From Verrucomicrobiota bacterium (GTDB lineage: Bacteria > Verrucomicrobiota > Lentisphaeria > Lentisphaerales > Lentisphaeraceae): 45,048 nt of DNA. A program made the translations under genes and the position numbers. Below are positions 34,794-43,529 of the stretch, piece by piece; the stretch's first letter is position 1, and every line of letters starts with the position of its first letter. Where the stretch lies: positions 1 through 45,048 of the forward strand of contig JBDKFG010000039.1 in assembly GCA_039798785.1 (NCBI GenBank). Direction: 5' to 3'. The notes beneath the pieces were generated by a model that worked only from the letters and a program-made list of their open reading frames with translations, was not told the origin of the DNA and ran no database searches.

Positions 34794-37370
34794 TCACAAC
34801 TTCACCTTGCGGCTGCTCCACTCCCCTTCGCCGTCGCCGATCTCCACGAGATGCTCGTCGCTGGAATAGAGCGGCACGCGGACCGTCGATTCGTTGAAGC
34901 GCTGGGCCCAGAGGAGTTCGCCGCTGCTAGATTTGACCCGGACCACCGGGCGGCTCAGACCGGGGGCTTCGACGCTGACGAAGCCGAGGGGCTTGCGGCC
35001 GTCCTGGTCCTGCGGCCGGACCGTCAGGGGCCAGCCGGGGTATTGGCCGCCCTGGCAGGCGGTCTCGCTGAGCGGCCAGCACTCGATCCGGGTGGTCTGC
35101 TCCTTGGGATTGAAGACGACGAAGCCGAAGCCCGGCGACCACTCGTCGCGGTTCTTGCGCGAGCCGCCCCAGTCATGGGGATTGGCGCAGGCGATCATGT
35201 CCATCGGGTTGCCGAAGGGGTCGTTCTGGGGGCCGAGCATCGACTTGTCGTCGGACCGGTAGACGAAGTCCTTGCGCGCCTGTTTGGGGGCCCAGGCGCG
35301 GGGGTAGGCGTTGGCGGTGGCGGGGGCGGTGAAGCTGAAGCCGGCGTCGCCGGGCTTGTCGACGCCGTAGCGCACCAGGGTGGGCAGGTGCTGGTCGCCG
35401 GCGATGTGGACGGCGCGGGCGCGGCGGATCAGGTCGACGGCGCGGTTGCGCGGGGTCTGCGGCCAGCCGTTGGCATCGAGGTCAAGCCAGTAGTAACCGA
35501 GGCCGCCGGAGTGGTGGGTGGAGTACATCCCGAAGGGCGATTGCGACAGGACCGCCTTGAGCTCGGCGCCTTGCCATTGGCCGGCCCAGTCGAGGAGGAA
35601 TTTCTCTTGCGCCTCGCCGAGGAGGCTGAGGCCGGGCAAGTCGAGCCCCTTGGGATCGAGCTTGGAGGAGTCGAGGTAGTGGTCGGGCCGGCCGCCGTCG
35701 GCCTGCGGCAATTTCAAGGTGAGGGGTCCGCTCTTGAAGAAGCGGTCCATCAGGATGGCGAAGGAGACGCCGCCCCAGTTGAGCTCGCTGGTGTAGGGCG
35801 GGATGCCGCGTTCCTGGAGTGGCAGGGGGCTGTCGGGGAGGTGGGCGCAGGTGGTGCGGTGGACGAGTTTGATGAACTCGCCGGAGCCGACGAAGCCGCC
35901 CTTGTTGGGATTGCGTCCGGGCGCTGCGCCGCCGCCGTTGCCCCAGATGTTGCCCTGGAAGGCGTCGTGGTCGTCGGTGATCGAGACGCTGGGGCGGTTG
36001 CGAAGAAGCTCGCCGAAGGCGTAGGCGTGGTAATACCATTTGTACAGGTAGTCCTCCTCCGGCTCGACCCAGTCGGGATAGGTCGGGGTGCCTTCATACA
36101 TCTGATCGCCGTAGAAGAAGACCAGGTCGGGCTCGCGCTCGGCGACCCGCTTCACCGCGTCGGCATGGGGGAAATAAAGATCCTCTTGCCAATCACGCGC
36201 CGCCCCCCAGGGGCGGTGGATGATGCAACCGAGCACGGCCATGCTGACTTCGCCGAGCGGTTCGGCGGCGATGCGGCCGTGACGGCAGGAATCGCCGATG
36301 CCGGGGAGCTCGGTGACGAGGCGGAAGTCGATCGCGGACTTGCCGCCGCCCCAGGCCTTGAGCTCGACCCGGAGCAGGGCGACCAGATCGGGACGACCGA
36401 CCTCGGCCCGGGCGACCTCCGTCCAGGTCTCGCCCTGGCGGAATTCGAGGCGGACTGGACGGCTCTCCTCGGGCGCCAGGGGCAGGAGCTGGGCGCTGAG
36501 CTTGAGCGCGCCTTGATTGACGGTGTATTGGCTGAGGGCGAAGGGGCCGAAGGCCTGTTCCAGGCTGGAATCGGTCTTGACGCCACTGAAAACCGGGGGA
36601 CGGAAGCGGGTGACGATGCCATGCTCACCTGGATTGCGGCCGCCTTTTTTCGTCTGGCCGTGATGGCAGGTGAGGGCGTAGCCGCCCATGAGCTTGTGGA
36701 CGTCGGTCTTGTCGAAGTGCACCTCGAAGCTGCGTTTCCGTCCCGCCGTCTCCTCCGCTCTCATGTGCATGCGGAAGTGGGCTCCGGCGTCCTCGAGGGT
36801 GAGAATCAGGCGGATCGGCCCCGAGGCGATGTCGATGCGCTCCATGTCTTCGGGACTGAGCACCGCTTCGGTCTTGCGGTCCTCGAGATCGAGGAAGGCG
36901 AAGCGTCCGTCGCCGGTGATACCGTAGAAATGACCTGAGCCGAGGCCGGCGCGGTGCTCGAAGACCATCGGGCGCTGACGCCAGGCGAGATCATGGCCGT
37001 GGCCGAGGGTGATGCCGGCGAAGCGGCCCTCCTGGAATTCCTGGCCGGGACCGGAGAGATCGAGATCGAGCTGCACCCGGAAGCTAGCGGCGGGCTGGTC
37101 GACGCTGGTGCAAAGCTCGACAGCGTTGCGCCAGGGCTCGAAGGCTTTGCGCGGGGCGCATTCGATCCATTCTCCTTGCTGGCGCCAGTCCTGCAGGCGG
37201 TTGGCCCACCAGCGCGGCCCGAGCCAGCGGCGCGCCCCAGGAGCGAGATCCAGCTTGCCTCCCGGCAGTTTGTCTAGCCGCGGCGAAGGCGTCGGCGTGC
37301 CGATACAGCTGACTGCACCGCTGAGAACCATGCCGCTGCCCAGGATCATTTCGCGTCGGTCGATTTTCAT
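34794..37370 (-). CDS. Alkaline phosphatase D (PhoD-like) metallophosphoesterase with N-terminal extension
   Basis: Tat-like DRREMIL; GDQMYE, TDDHD, DRFFK, DANGW, HIAGDQH; AAGGAG SD. Confidence 0.85.
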   Translation of the reverse strand: MKIDRREMILGSGMVLSGAVSCIGTPTPSPRLDKLPGGKLDLAPGARRWLGPRWWANRLQDWRQQGEWIECAPRKAFEPWRNAVELCTSVDQPAASFRVQLDLDLSGPGQEFQEGRFAGITLGHGHDLAWRQRPMVFEHRAGLGSGHFYGITGDGRFAFLDLEDRKTEAVLSPEDMERIDIASGPIRLILTLEDAGAHFRMHMRAEETAGRKRSFEVHFDKTDVHKLMGGYALTCHHGQTKKGGRNPGEHGIVTRFRPPVFSGVKTDSSLEQAFGPFALSQYTVNQGALKLSAQLLPLAPEESRPVRLEFRQGETWTEVARAEVGRPDLVALLRVELKAWGGGKSAIDFRLVTELPGIGDSCRHGRIAAEPLGEVSMAVLGCIIHRPWGAARDWQEDLYFPHADAVKRVAEREPDLVFFYGDQMYEGTPTYPDWVEPEEDYLYKWYYHAYAFGELLRNRPSVSITDDHDAFQGNIWGNGGGAAPGRNPNKGGFVGSGEFIKLVHRTTCAHLPDSPLPLQERGIPPYTSELNWGGVSFAILMDRFFKSGPLTLKLPQADGGRPDHYLDSSKLDPKGLDLPGLSLLGEAQEKFLLDWAGQWQGAELKAVLSQSPFGMYSTHHSGGLGYYWLDLDANGWPQTPRNRAVDLIRRARAVHIAGDQHLPTLVRYGVDKPGDAGFSFTAPATANAYPRAWAPKQARKDFVYRSDDKSMLGPQNDPFGNPMDMIACANPHDWGGSRKNRDEWSPGFGFVVFNPKEQTTRIECWPLSETACQGGQYPGWPLTVRPQDQDGRKPLGFVSVEAPGLSRPVVRVKSSSGELLWAQRFNESTVRVPLYSSDEHLVEIGDGEGEWSSRKVKL

Positions 37371-37510
37371 GCTCAGGACTCCTTGGGATTCTTGCCGGAC
37401 TAGAACTGCGCCCGGCTGCTGGCGAAGTTACAGCCTGGGCGAAAATCCGCAGGAGGCTGAAATCATCTAGCGACGAAAGGTGAAGAGCGCCTGTGGACAT
37501 GTCTCCAGGG

Positions 37511-37563
37511 TCACACCTTGAGCTTTTTCAGAATCTTGAGCAGCTCGTCCAGGGACTTGTCGG
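37511..37563 (-). repeat. Displaced copy of the last 53 bp of mfd
   Basis: 50/53 identical to 39066-39118; encodes DKSLDELLKILKKLKV* versus ...KKLKG*. Confidence 0.95.
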
Positions 37564-37641
37564 TGCGAGGAGCGAGGCCGCCTAGCTCTAAGATTTCGAT
37601 ATTTCTGCGAGTTTCGAGAGCGGAGCAGGCATTAAAGCAAA

Positions 37642-38241
37642 TCATGGTGCCAATCTCTCTAGAGCTTGATACGCTGCGTAATCCTTTAAAAAGCGATTCA
37701 AAAATATGCCTTCTTCGCGACTAAATCTATGATAACAATTCCAGTAGCTGATGATGCGCTGACGTGTGAGCGTGATGAACTCACGATTATCCTCAATGAA
37801 TTGGGAGTAAGTGGGATTCCTGATCACATCAAGATTCATATGGATGAGGTTCTGAATTTCGATCACATATTCTCCCAACAGCTGGATGACGAAAGGAGGA
37901 ACCCAAGGTAAACGCAAGGGAAGAATTGACCTGAGATGCGTCTCACGCACATAACCATCGTGATGCCTGGTTAAGAGGCAGCGGATGACAATTTCACTTG
38001 TAACCGGCAACTGAGCCAAATCTCCAATTGTCGGCTCGGAAAAGTAGACCCGGCAAGGAATGTGAAGGCGCTCTCCCTCTACGACAATCGGCCCGATGTC
38101 ATCAGCAGTAGGCTCATGTCGCCCTGGCTCAACATGCTTCAAGGCAAGATCGACTGCATCCCGCATCGTGGAAGGGAAGGCTTGACGCAGGCGAATGGCC
38201 GTTGGGAGATTCAAATCCATCTCACTTCCACTTGAATTCAT
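37642..38241 (-). CDS. Hypothetical protein (cargo)
   Basis: 199-aa AT-richer ORF with CLLTRHHDGYVRE...PWVPPFVIQLLGEYVIEI...SYWNCY, which I recall as a widespread family of unknown function. Confidence 0.8.
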   Translation of the reverse strand: MNSSGSEMDLNLPTAIRLRQAFPSTMRDAVDLALKHVEPGRHEPTADDIGPIVVEGERLHIPCRVYFSEPTIGDLAQLPVTSEIVIRCLLTRHHDGYVRETHLRSILPLRLPWVPPFVIQLLGEYVIEIQNLIHMNLDVIRNPTYSQFIEDNREFITLTRQRIISYWNCYHRFSREEGIFLNRFLKDYAAYQALERLAP

Positions 38242-38599
38242 TTTTCAATTCATCATCCCGGAGAGAGCGAATGACTGTGACTTCCATACCTTCTCGATGA
38301 ATCCATTCCTGCGGAGTCAAGGTGATGTTTACAAGTATGCCGGCGGCTCGACTCGCCCAGCCGAGGCCCAGTCCTCCTTGCCATCGATCAGCAAAAACTA
38401 CACCAAAAAAGGCTTCAAACTTTTCCGCGTCGATCCAGTACTGGTCCATACCATCGTCACCGGACAAGCCAGACTCCTTCTCTAGATGGTCCTCCAGCAA
38501 CTTCGTCATGTCATAGAAGAGTTTAGCGGTTTCATTGCCCATATCAGCGGCAAAGCGCTCGCTTCCATCAGGCATTCGTGCGGTGAAGAGTTTTCCCAT
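38222..38599 (-). CDS. DUF6086-like protein (possible immunity-type cargo)
   Basis: AKLFYDMTKLLEDHLEKESGL...DQYWIDAEKFEAFF pattern; start at ATG 38599. Confidence 0.5.
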   Translation of the reverse strand: MGKLFTARMPDGSERFAADMGNETAKLFYDMTKLLEDHLEKESGLSGDDGMDQYWIDAEKFEAFFGVVFADRWQGGLGLGWASRAAGILVNITLTPQEWIHREGMEVTVIRSLRDDELKNEFKWK

Positions 38600-38664
38600 G
38601 GCAATTACCAGTCCTTCATTAAATTTATTACAAATTGTTGTTTTTGAATAGCTTGTCGAGTTCA

Positions 38665-38980
38665 TCAAAATTTAGCTTCTACGGCGATGCCTTCGTCATC
38701 TTCAATAACTTTCTGTTTATCTGGAAATATATCAATAATTCTAAACTTAAAATCGGATTCGTTTTTGTAGAAAATTTGAACGAATTCAGGATATTGAAAG
38801 TCGTAGTTCCTAAGAAGATATATCAAGTATCCAACCGACCTATGTTTGGCATCTACATATAATAGAATAGTTAAATCATTTGGCACGATTTTTTGTTACT
38901 TCAAATTTTGAATCAATGAAGTCTTTAACCTTTACATCCTCGTCATAAACACTAACAATAAACTCAGTAAAATTTCCCAT
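38665..38980 (-). pseudogene. Frameshifted AT-rich hypothetical gene
   Basis: MGNFTEFIVSVYDEDVKVKDFIDSKFEVTK joins IVPNDLTILLY...YPEFVQIFYKNESDFKFRII if one base of the T6 run at 38889-38894 is removed. Confidence 0.65.
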
Positions 38981-39065
38981 CTTAAAAATCCTTGATTAAG
39001 GTGATGGTGGATCGGTCGTTTTTTCATGCCAGAGCTTAGCACCAGGCGCCAACTCGTCCACTTCA

Positions 39066-42000
39066 TCACCCCTTCAGCTTCTTCAGAATCTTGAGCAGCT
39101 CGTCCAGGGACTTGTCGGCGTCGCCGGGATTGGCGAGGCTGGGGATGACGCCGCCGAGCTTGAGCAGGCCCTTGGGGGTGTCGACGAGGACCCGTCCTTG
39201 GCGGACGGCGAGTTCGTGGGCGCCGAGGGCGGCGGCGCGCATGCGGCAGCGGTGCTGGTCGAGGAGGCGGCGCACCGGCGGCGGCAGGGCGCCGAAGCGG
39301 TCGGCGAGTTCGGCGGCGAGGGAGTCGAGATCGTTCTCGTCGCCGGCGAGGGCGAGGCGCTTGTGCAGCTCGAGGCGGAGGGCGTCGGAGGCGACATAGT
39401 CGGGCGGGATGCAGGCGGCGGGCTTGCTGGCGTCGGCGATCGAGTGGCTGAGGAAGTCGAAACGCAGCTCGGGGTCGACGCGGCGCGCCTGGGGACGCCC
39501 GGCGAGGCGGGCGGCAGCCTCCTTGAGGAGCTGGCAGTAGAGCTCGAAACCGACCGCGGCGACATGGCCGGACTGCTCGGCACCGAGGATGTTGCCGGCG
39601 CCGCGCAGCTCGAGGTCGCGCAGGGCCAGTTTGAAGCCGGAGCCGAGCTCGGTGTAGCGGCGGATCGCCGCCATCCGGGCGCGAGCGTTGTCCATCATCG
39701 CGTCATTCTTCGGCAAGAGCAGCACGCACCAGGCCTGGCGCTCCTGGCGGCCGACCCGTCCGCGCAGCTGGTAGAGCTCGGCGAGGCCGAAGCGGTCGGC
39801 GCGCTCGATGATGATGGTGTTGGCGTTGGGGATGTCGAGGCCGGATTCGATGATCGAGGTGCAGAGGAGCAGGTCGGCGCGCTTCTCGAGGAAGGCGTTC
39901 ATCGCGTCCTCGAGTTCGTGCTCGTGCATCTGGCCGTGGGCGACCGCGATGTTGGCCTCGGGCATCAGCTTGGCGAGGCGTTCCCGCGCCTTCTCCAGGG
40001 TCTGCACCCGGTTGTGGACGTAGAAGGCCTGGCCGCCGCGGGCGAACTCGCGCAAGAGGGCCTCGCGGATGGCGCTGTCCTCGTCGCGGGTGACGATGGT
40101 GCGCACCGGCTTGCGGGTGCGGGGCGGGGTGGTGATGCTGGAGAAGCTGCGCAGGCCGGAGAGCGACAGGTAGAGTGTGCGGGGGATCGGCGTGGCGGAG
40201 AGGGTGAGGACGTCGACGGTGGCGCGCAGGGTCTTGATCTGCTCCTTGGCCTCGACGCCGAAGCGCTGCTCCTCGTCGATGATCACCAGGCCGATGCGGG
40301 CGAAACTGACATCCTTCTGCAGCAGGCGGTGGGTGCCGATGACGATGTCGGCGCCGCCGGTGGCCATTTCCTCGAGGGCGAGGCGTTGTTTGGCGGGGCT
40401 GACGAAGCGGCAGAGGAGGCGCAGGGAGACGGGGTATTCCGCCATCCGGGCGGAGAAGGTTTCGAAGTGCTGGCGGGCGAGGATGGTGGTGGGGCAGATC
40501 ACCGCCACCTGGCGGCCGTCCATCACCGCCTTGAAGGCGGCGCGCACCGCCAGCTCGGTCTTGCCGAAGCCGACATCGCCGCAGAGGAGGCGGTCCATCG
40601 GCTTGGGCGATTCCATGTCGGCCTTGATCTCGGCCATGGCGGTGAGCTGGTCGGGGGTTTCCTGCCAGGGGAAGGAGTCCTCGAAGCGCTTCTGCCATTC
40701 GCCGTCGGGGGCGCAGGCGCGTCCGGGCACCGCGGCGCGCACCGCCTGCAGGCGCAGCAGTTCGGCGGCGAAGTCCTTGGCCGACTCGGCGGCTTTGTCG
40801 CAGGCTTTCTGCCAGCGGGTCGAGCCGAGGGTGGCGAGCTTGGGCGCCGCCTTGCCGCCGCCGATGTAGCGGCTCACCAGATGGGCAGTTTCGAAGGGGA
40901 CGAAGAGGGTCTGGCCGGCATCGAATTCCAGCTCCAGACCTTCGCTGAGGCCGGCGTCGAGCTTCTGCTGGATGAAGCCGCTGAAGCGGCAGATGCCGTG
41001 AACTGCGTGGACCGCAAAATCCCCGGGCATCAGGTCGCTGTCGCCTTCGAGAAGCTTGCGCAGGGTTTCGCGGCGCTCGTCGGCGGCCTTGGCCCGCGGC
41101 GACAGTCGACCGAAGGCCTCGCGTTCGGAGAGGAGGGCGCAGCCGCCGGGGATTTCGAAGCCGTGGTGCAGCGGCACCGGCACCCCTTCGATCTTCTTGC
41201 GGCTGGCCGCGGGAAGCGGCGCGGTGATCTCGTCGAGGCGTTCCGCTCCGGCGGCGCTGCCGCAGGCGACGAAGAGCCGCGTATGCGCCTTGGCGAGCTC
41301 GGCCATGGCGGTGTTCAAGCGCTCTTCGCGGAAACGGCGCAGCGCATCGGCGTCGCCGCCGCCGCCGGGGATGCGGTGGGCGGTGGCGCGGGCGACGAAG
41401 ACGCGGGGGGAGTCTTCGGGGGAGCAGCGGAGATGAAGCGCTGGGGCATTCTTGAGAAGATCGGTCCGATCCGACTGATCCGACCGATCTTGGAGGTCAA
41501 GAGCAATAAATCTGCCGCCGCCGAGGTAATCGCCCAGGTGGCCCGCACTGCCTGCCGGAATTGCCCGCGGGCTGATGCGGACTTCCGTCACCTGGCCTTC
41601 GGAGCGCTGGCTGCGGGGATCGAAGGGGCGGATCTCCTCGATCTCGTCGCCGAAGAATTCCAGGCGCAGCGGCTGGCTGGCGGCGGGCGGGAAGACGTCG
41701 AGGATGCCGCCGCGGCGGGCGAACTCGCCCGGCAGGTTGACCTGGAATTCGTCGTCGTAACCGAGCTCGACGAGGCGGCGGCAGAGATCTTCCTGGGAGA
41801 TCTTGTCGCCGAGCTTGAGTTCGAAGGCGAGGGCGAGCAGCTCCTTCGGCGCCGGCACCGCCTGGGCCGCCGCGGCGGCACTGGTCAGGATCAAGGCGGG
41901 GCCTTCCCCGAGTTGCGACAGGACCAGGGCCCGCTCCTCCTCGGCCTCGGGGAGGAAGCCGCCGCCACTGCCCAGGGTCGCTTCCGGGAAGACGAAGAAG

Positions 42001-42215
42001 GGGCGCGAATCGCCGGCGAGAATCAGGAGGCTGGAGAGATCCTGGCGCAGCTCCTCCACGGTTGCGGCGTCGGGCACGATGGCGAGCTGGGATTCCGGGG
42101 TGCCGAGAAAGGCGGCGGCGAGGGCCGCGGCGCGCAGCTCCGGCTCGTGCACGAGGATCTCGCCCGGCCCGCGAGGCAGGGCGGCAAGGAGGTCGCTGGC
42201 GAGGGAGTTGCTCAT
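39066..42215 (-). CDS. mfd: Transcription-repair coupling factor
   Basis: GEFARRGGILDVF, CarD-like VHAVHGI, ETPDQ, DRLLCGDVGFGKTE, IDEEQRFGV, SATPIPRTL, QLRGRVGR, RDLELRGAGNILG, TRCF C-terminus. Confidence 0.97.
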   Translation of the reverse strand: MSNSLASDLLAALPRGPGEILVHEPELRAAALAAAFLGTPESQLAIVPDAATVEELRQDLSSLLILAGDSRPFFVFPEATLGSGGGFLPEAEEERALVLSQLGEGPALILTSAAAAAQAVPAPKELLALAFELKLGDKISQEDLCRRLVELGYDDEFQVNLPGEFARRGGILDVFPPAASQPLRLEFFGDEIEEIRPFDPRSQRSEGQVTEVRISPRAIPAGSAGHLGDYLGGGRFIALDLQDRSDQSDRTDLLKNAPALHLRCSPEDSPRVFVARATAHRIPGGGGDADALRRFREERLNTAMAELAKAHTRLFVACGSAAGAERLDEITAPLPAASRKKIEGVPVPLHHGFEIPGGCALLSEREAFGRLSPRAKAADERRETLRKLLEGDSDLMPGDFAVHAVHGICRFSGFIQQKLDAGLSEGLELEFDAGQTLFVPFETAHLVSRYIGGGKAAPKLATLGSTRWQKACDKAAESAKDFAAELLRLQAVRAAVPGRACAPDGEWQKRFEDSFPWQETPDQLTAMAEIKADMESPKPMDRLLCGDVGFGKTELAVRAAFKAVMDGRQVAVICPTTILARQHFETFSARMAEYPVSLRLLCRFVSPAKQRLALEEMATGGADIVIGTHRLLQKDVSFARIGLVIIDEEQRFGVEAKEQIKTLRATVDVLTLSATPIPRTLYLSLSGLRSFSSITTPPRTRKPVRTIVTRDEDSAIREALLREFARGGQAFYVHNRVQTLEKARERLAKLMPEANIAVAHGQMHEHELEDAMNAFLEKRADLLLCTSIIESGLDIPNANTIIIERADRFGLAELYQLRGRVGRQERQAWCVLLLPKNDAMMDNARARMAAIRRYTELGSGFKLALRDLELRGAGNILGAEQSGHVAAVGFELYCQLLKEAAARLAGRPQARRVDPELRFDFLSHSIADASKPAACIPPDYVASDALRLELHKRLALAGDENDLDSLAAELADRFGALPPPVRRLLDQHRCRMRAAALGAHELAVRQGRVLVDTPKGLLKLGGVIPSLANPGDADKSLDELLKILKKLKG

Positions 42216-42349
42216 GGTGCCGGGTGCCCTTCGAATTCGCGGGAAGACAGGTCAGGGCTCAAGCGCTTCCCAGCGCACATCAGCTCTGCCGTTCCTTGCG
42301 CAAGGTATCCCGGGATCGGGATTTGGCGCTTGTCGCGGTTTGGACCGGT

Positions 42350-43525
42350 TCAGGGCTTGAGGGCCTTGTTGATCTTGCGAAGCTGCTCGGCGACATCGCC
42401 GTCGGTGGCGGTTTTGCAGTAATCGCCGTTAAGGGTGACATAGTGGAGATGGCCGCCCAGTTCGGTGCCGCAGAGTGCCTGGTTCATCGGCAGCTGGTTG
42501 AGGCTGCGTCCGGCGAGATCCGGGGCGAGCACCAGCGTCTCATCGGCGAGGACAAATTCAGCGGGTATCGGGGCGTTCGGGGTGTCGGCGAAATGGCCGA
42601 CGATCTTATTGCCTGCACCTTGCAGCTGGACGCGAGCCAGGTTGTCTTGATTGCGCAAGTTCAAGGCCTTCTGGACGGCGCTGACGGCCAGGTAGATCGA
42701 GGTGAAGCCGAGGCCGACGCCGAGGCCGATGATCATCGCGGCGCGGAGGTATTTGCGCTCGGTTTCGTTCGGCTCGGGCCGGCGCAGGCCGGCGCAGGCG
42801 AGGGCTGCCGCCGCGAGGGCCAGGGGAGGGAAGAACATGCCGCTCAAGATGGCGCCGAGATAAGGACCGAGGACCCTTTTGTCCGCCGGCATCGCGGGGC
42901 GTTTCGGGGCTTCTCCGGGGCGGAAGCACATCAGCCAGGAAATGAAGACGAAGCCGATCGAGAAGATGGCGAAGCTGATCATGCTGAGCAAGCTGGGCAA
43001 GACGCTCGAACTCTGGGAGAAAAGCAGGGCGAGGAGATTGACGCCGTAATAGCTGGCGAAGAGGCCGATCCGGAAAATCGCCGGCGCCTGGATGTGACAA
43101 AGGAATTTCCACATCACCCAGTTCATCCGGAAGAAGACCAAGGCGAGAAAGACGACGAAAAAGCCGATCTTGGCGTACTCCTCGCAGAATTTCCACAGCA
43201 GGTATTCGCTCTGGAACTTGTAGAGAGCCAAGAACCCGAGGAAGCCGAGGCCGACGGTGGCGAAGAAATTGACCCCGATGATTTCGCAGAAGCGCCAGCC
43301 GGGCATGACGCCGAAGATCAGGAAGAGGATGAACCAGGCGAGAAGAGCGAGAAGGCCGGGCAGGACGATGGTGGCCCCCAAAGCGGCAAAGCCGCCGATG
43401 ATCGGCAGGATGCCGAACCACCAGGGATCGCCGTTGCGCTTGAAGAATATGCACAGCTGCGCGAACCAGGCTCCGTAGGAGACGAAGATGATGCTGAGGA
43501 GGAGACTGAGGGTGAAATTGTCCAT
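42350..43525 (-). CDS. Multi-pass hypothetical membrane protein
   Basis: Many hydrophobic segments followed by a short soluble C-terminal domain; 4 bp downstream of the preceding gene. Confidence 0.75.
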   Translation of the reverse strand: MDNFTLSLLLSIIFVSYGAWFAQLCIFFKRNGDPWWFGILPIIGGFAALGATIVLPGLLALLAWFILFLIFGVMPGWRFCEIIGVNFFATVGLGFLGFLALYKFQSEYLLWKFCEEYAKIGFFVVFLALVFFRMNWVMWKFLCHIQAPAIFRIGLFASYYGVNLLALLFSQSSSVLPSLLSMISFAIFSIGFVFISWLMCFRPGEAPKRPAMPADKRVLGPYLGAILSGMFFPPLALAAAALACAGLRRPEPNETERKYLRAAMIIGLGVGLGFTSIYLAVSAVQKALNLRNQDNLARVQLQGAGNKIVGHFADTPNAPIPAEFVLADETLVLAPDLAGRSLNQLPMNQALCGTELGGHLHYVTLNGDYCKTATDGDVAEQLRKINKALKP

Positions 43526-43529
43526 GGGA

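Noticed and set aside
42252..42268. TCAGGGCT.. resembling the end of the 42350 gene (ALEP* vs ALKP*)
   Set aside because: Similarity does not extend beyond about 4 codons; too weak to call a displaced tail.
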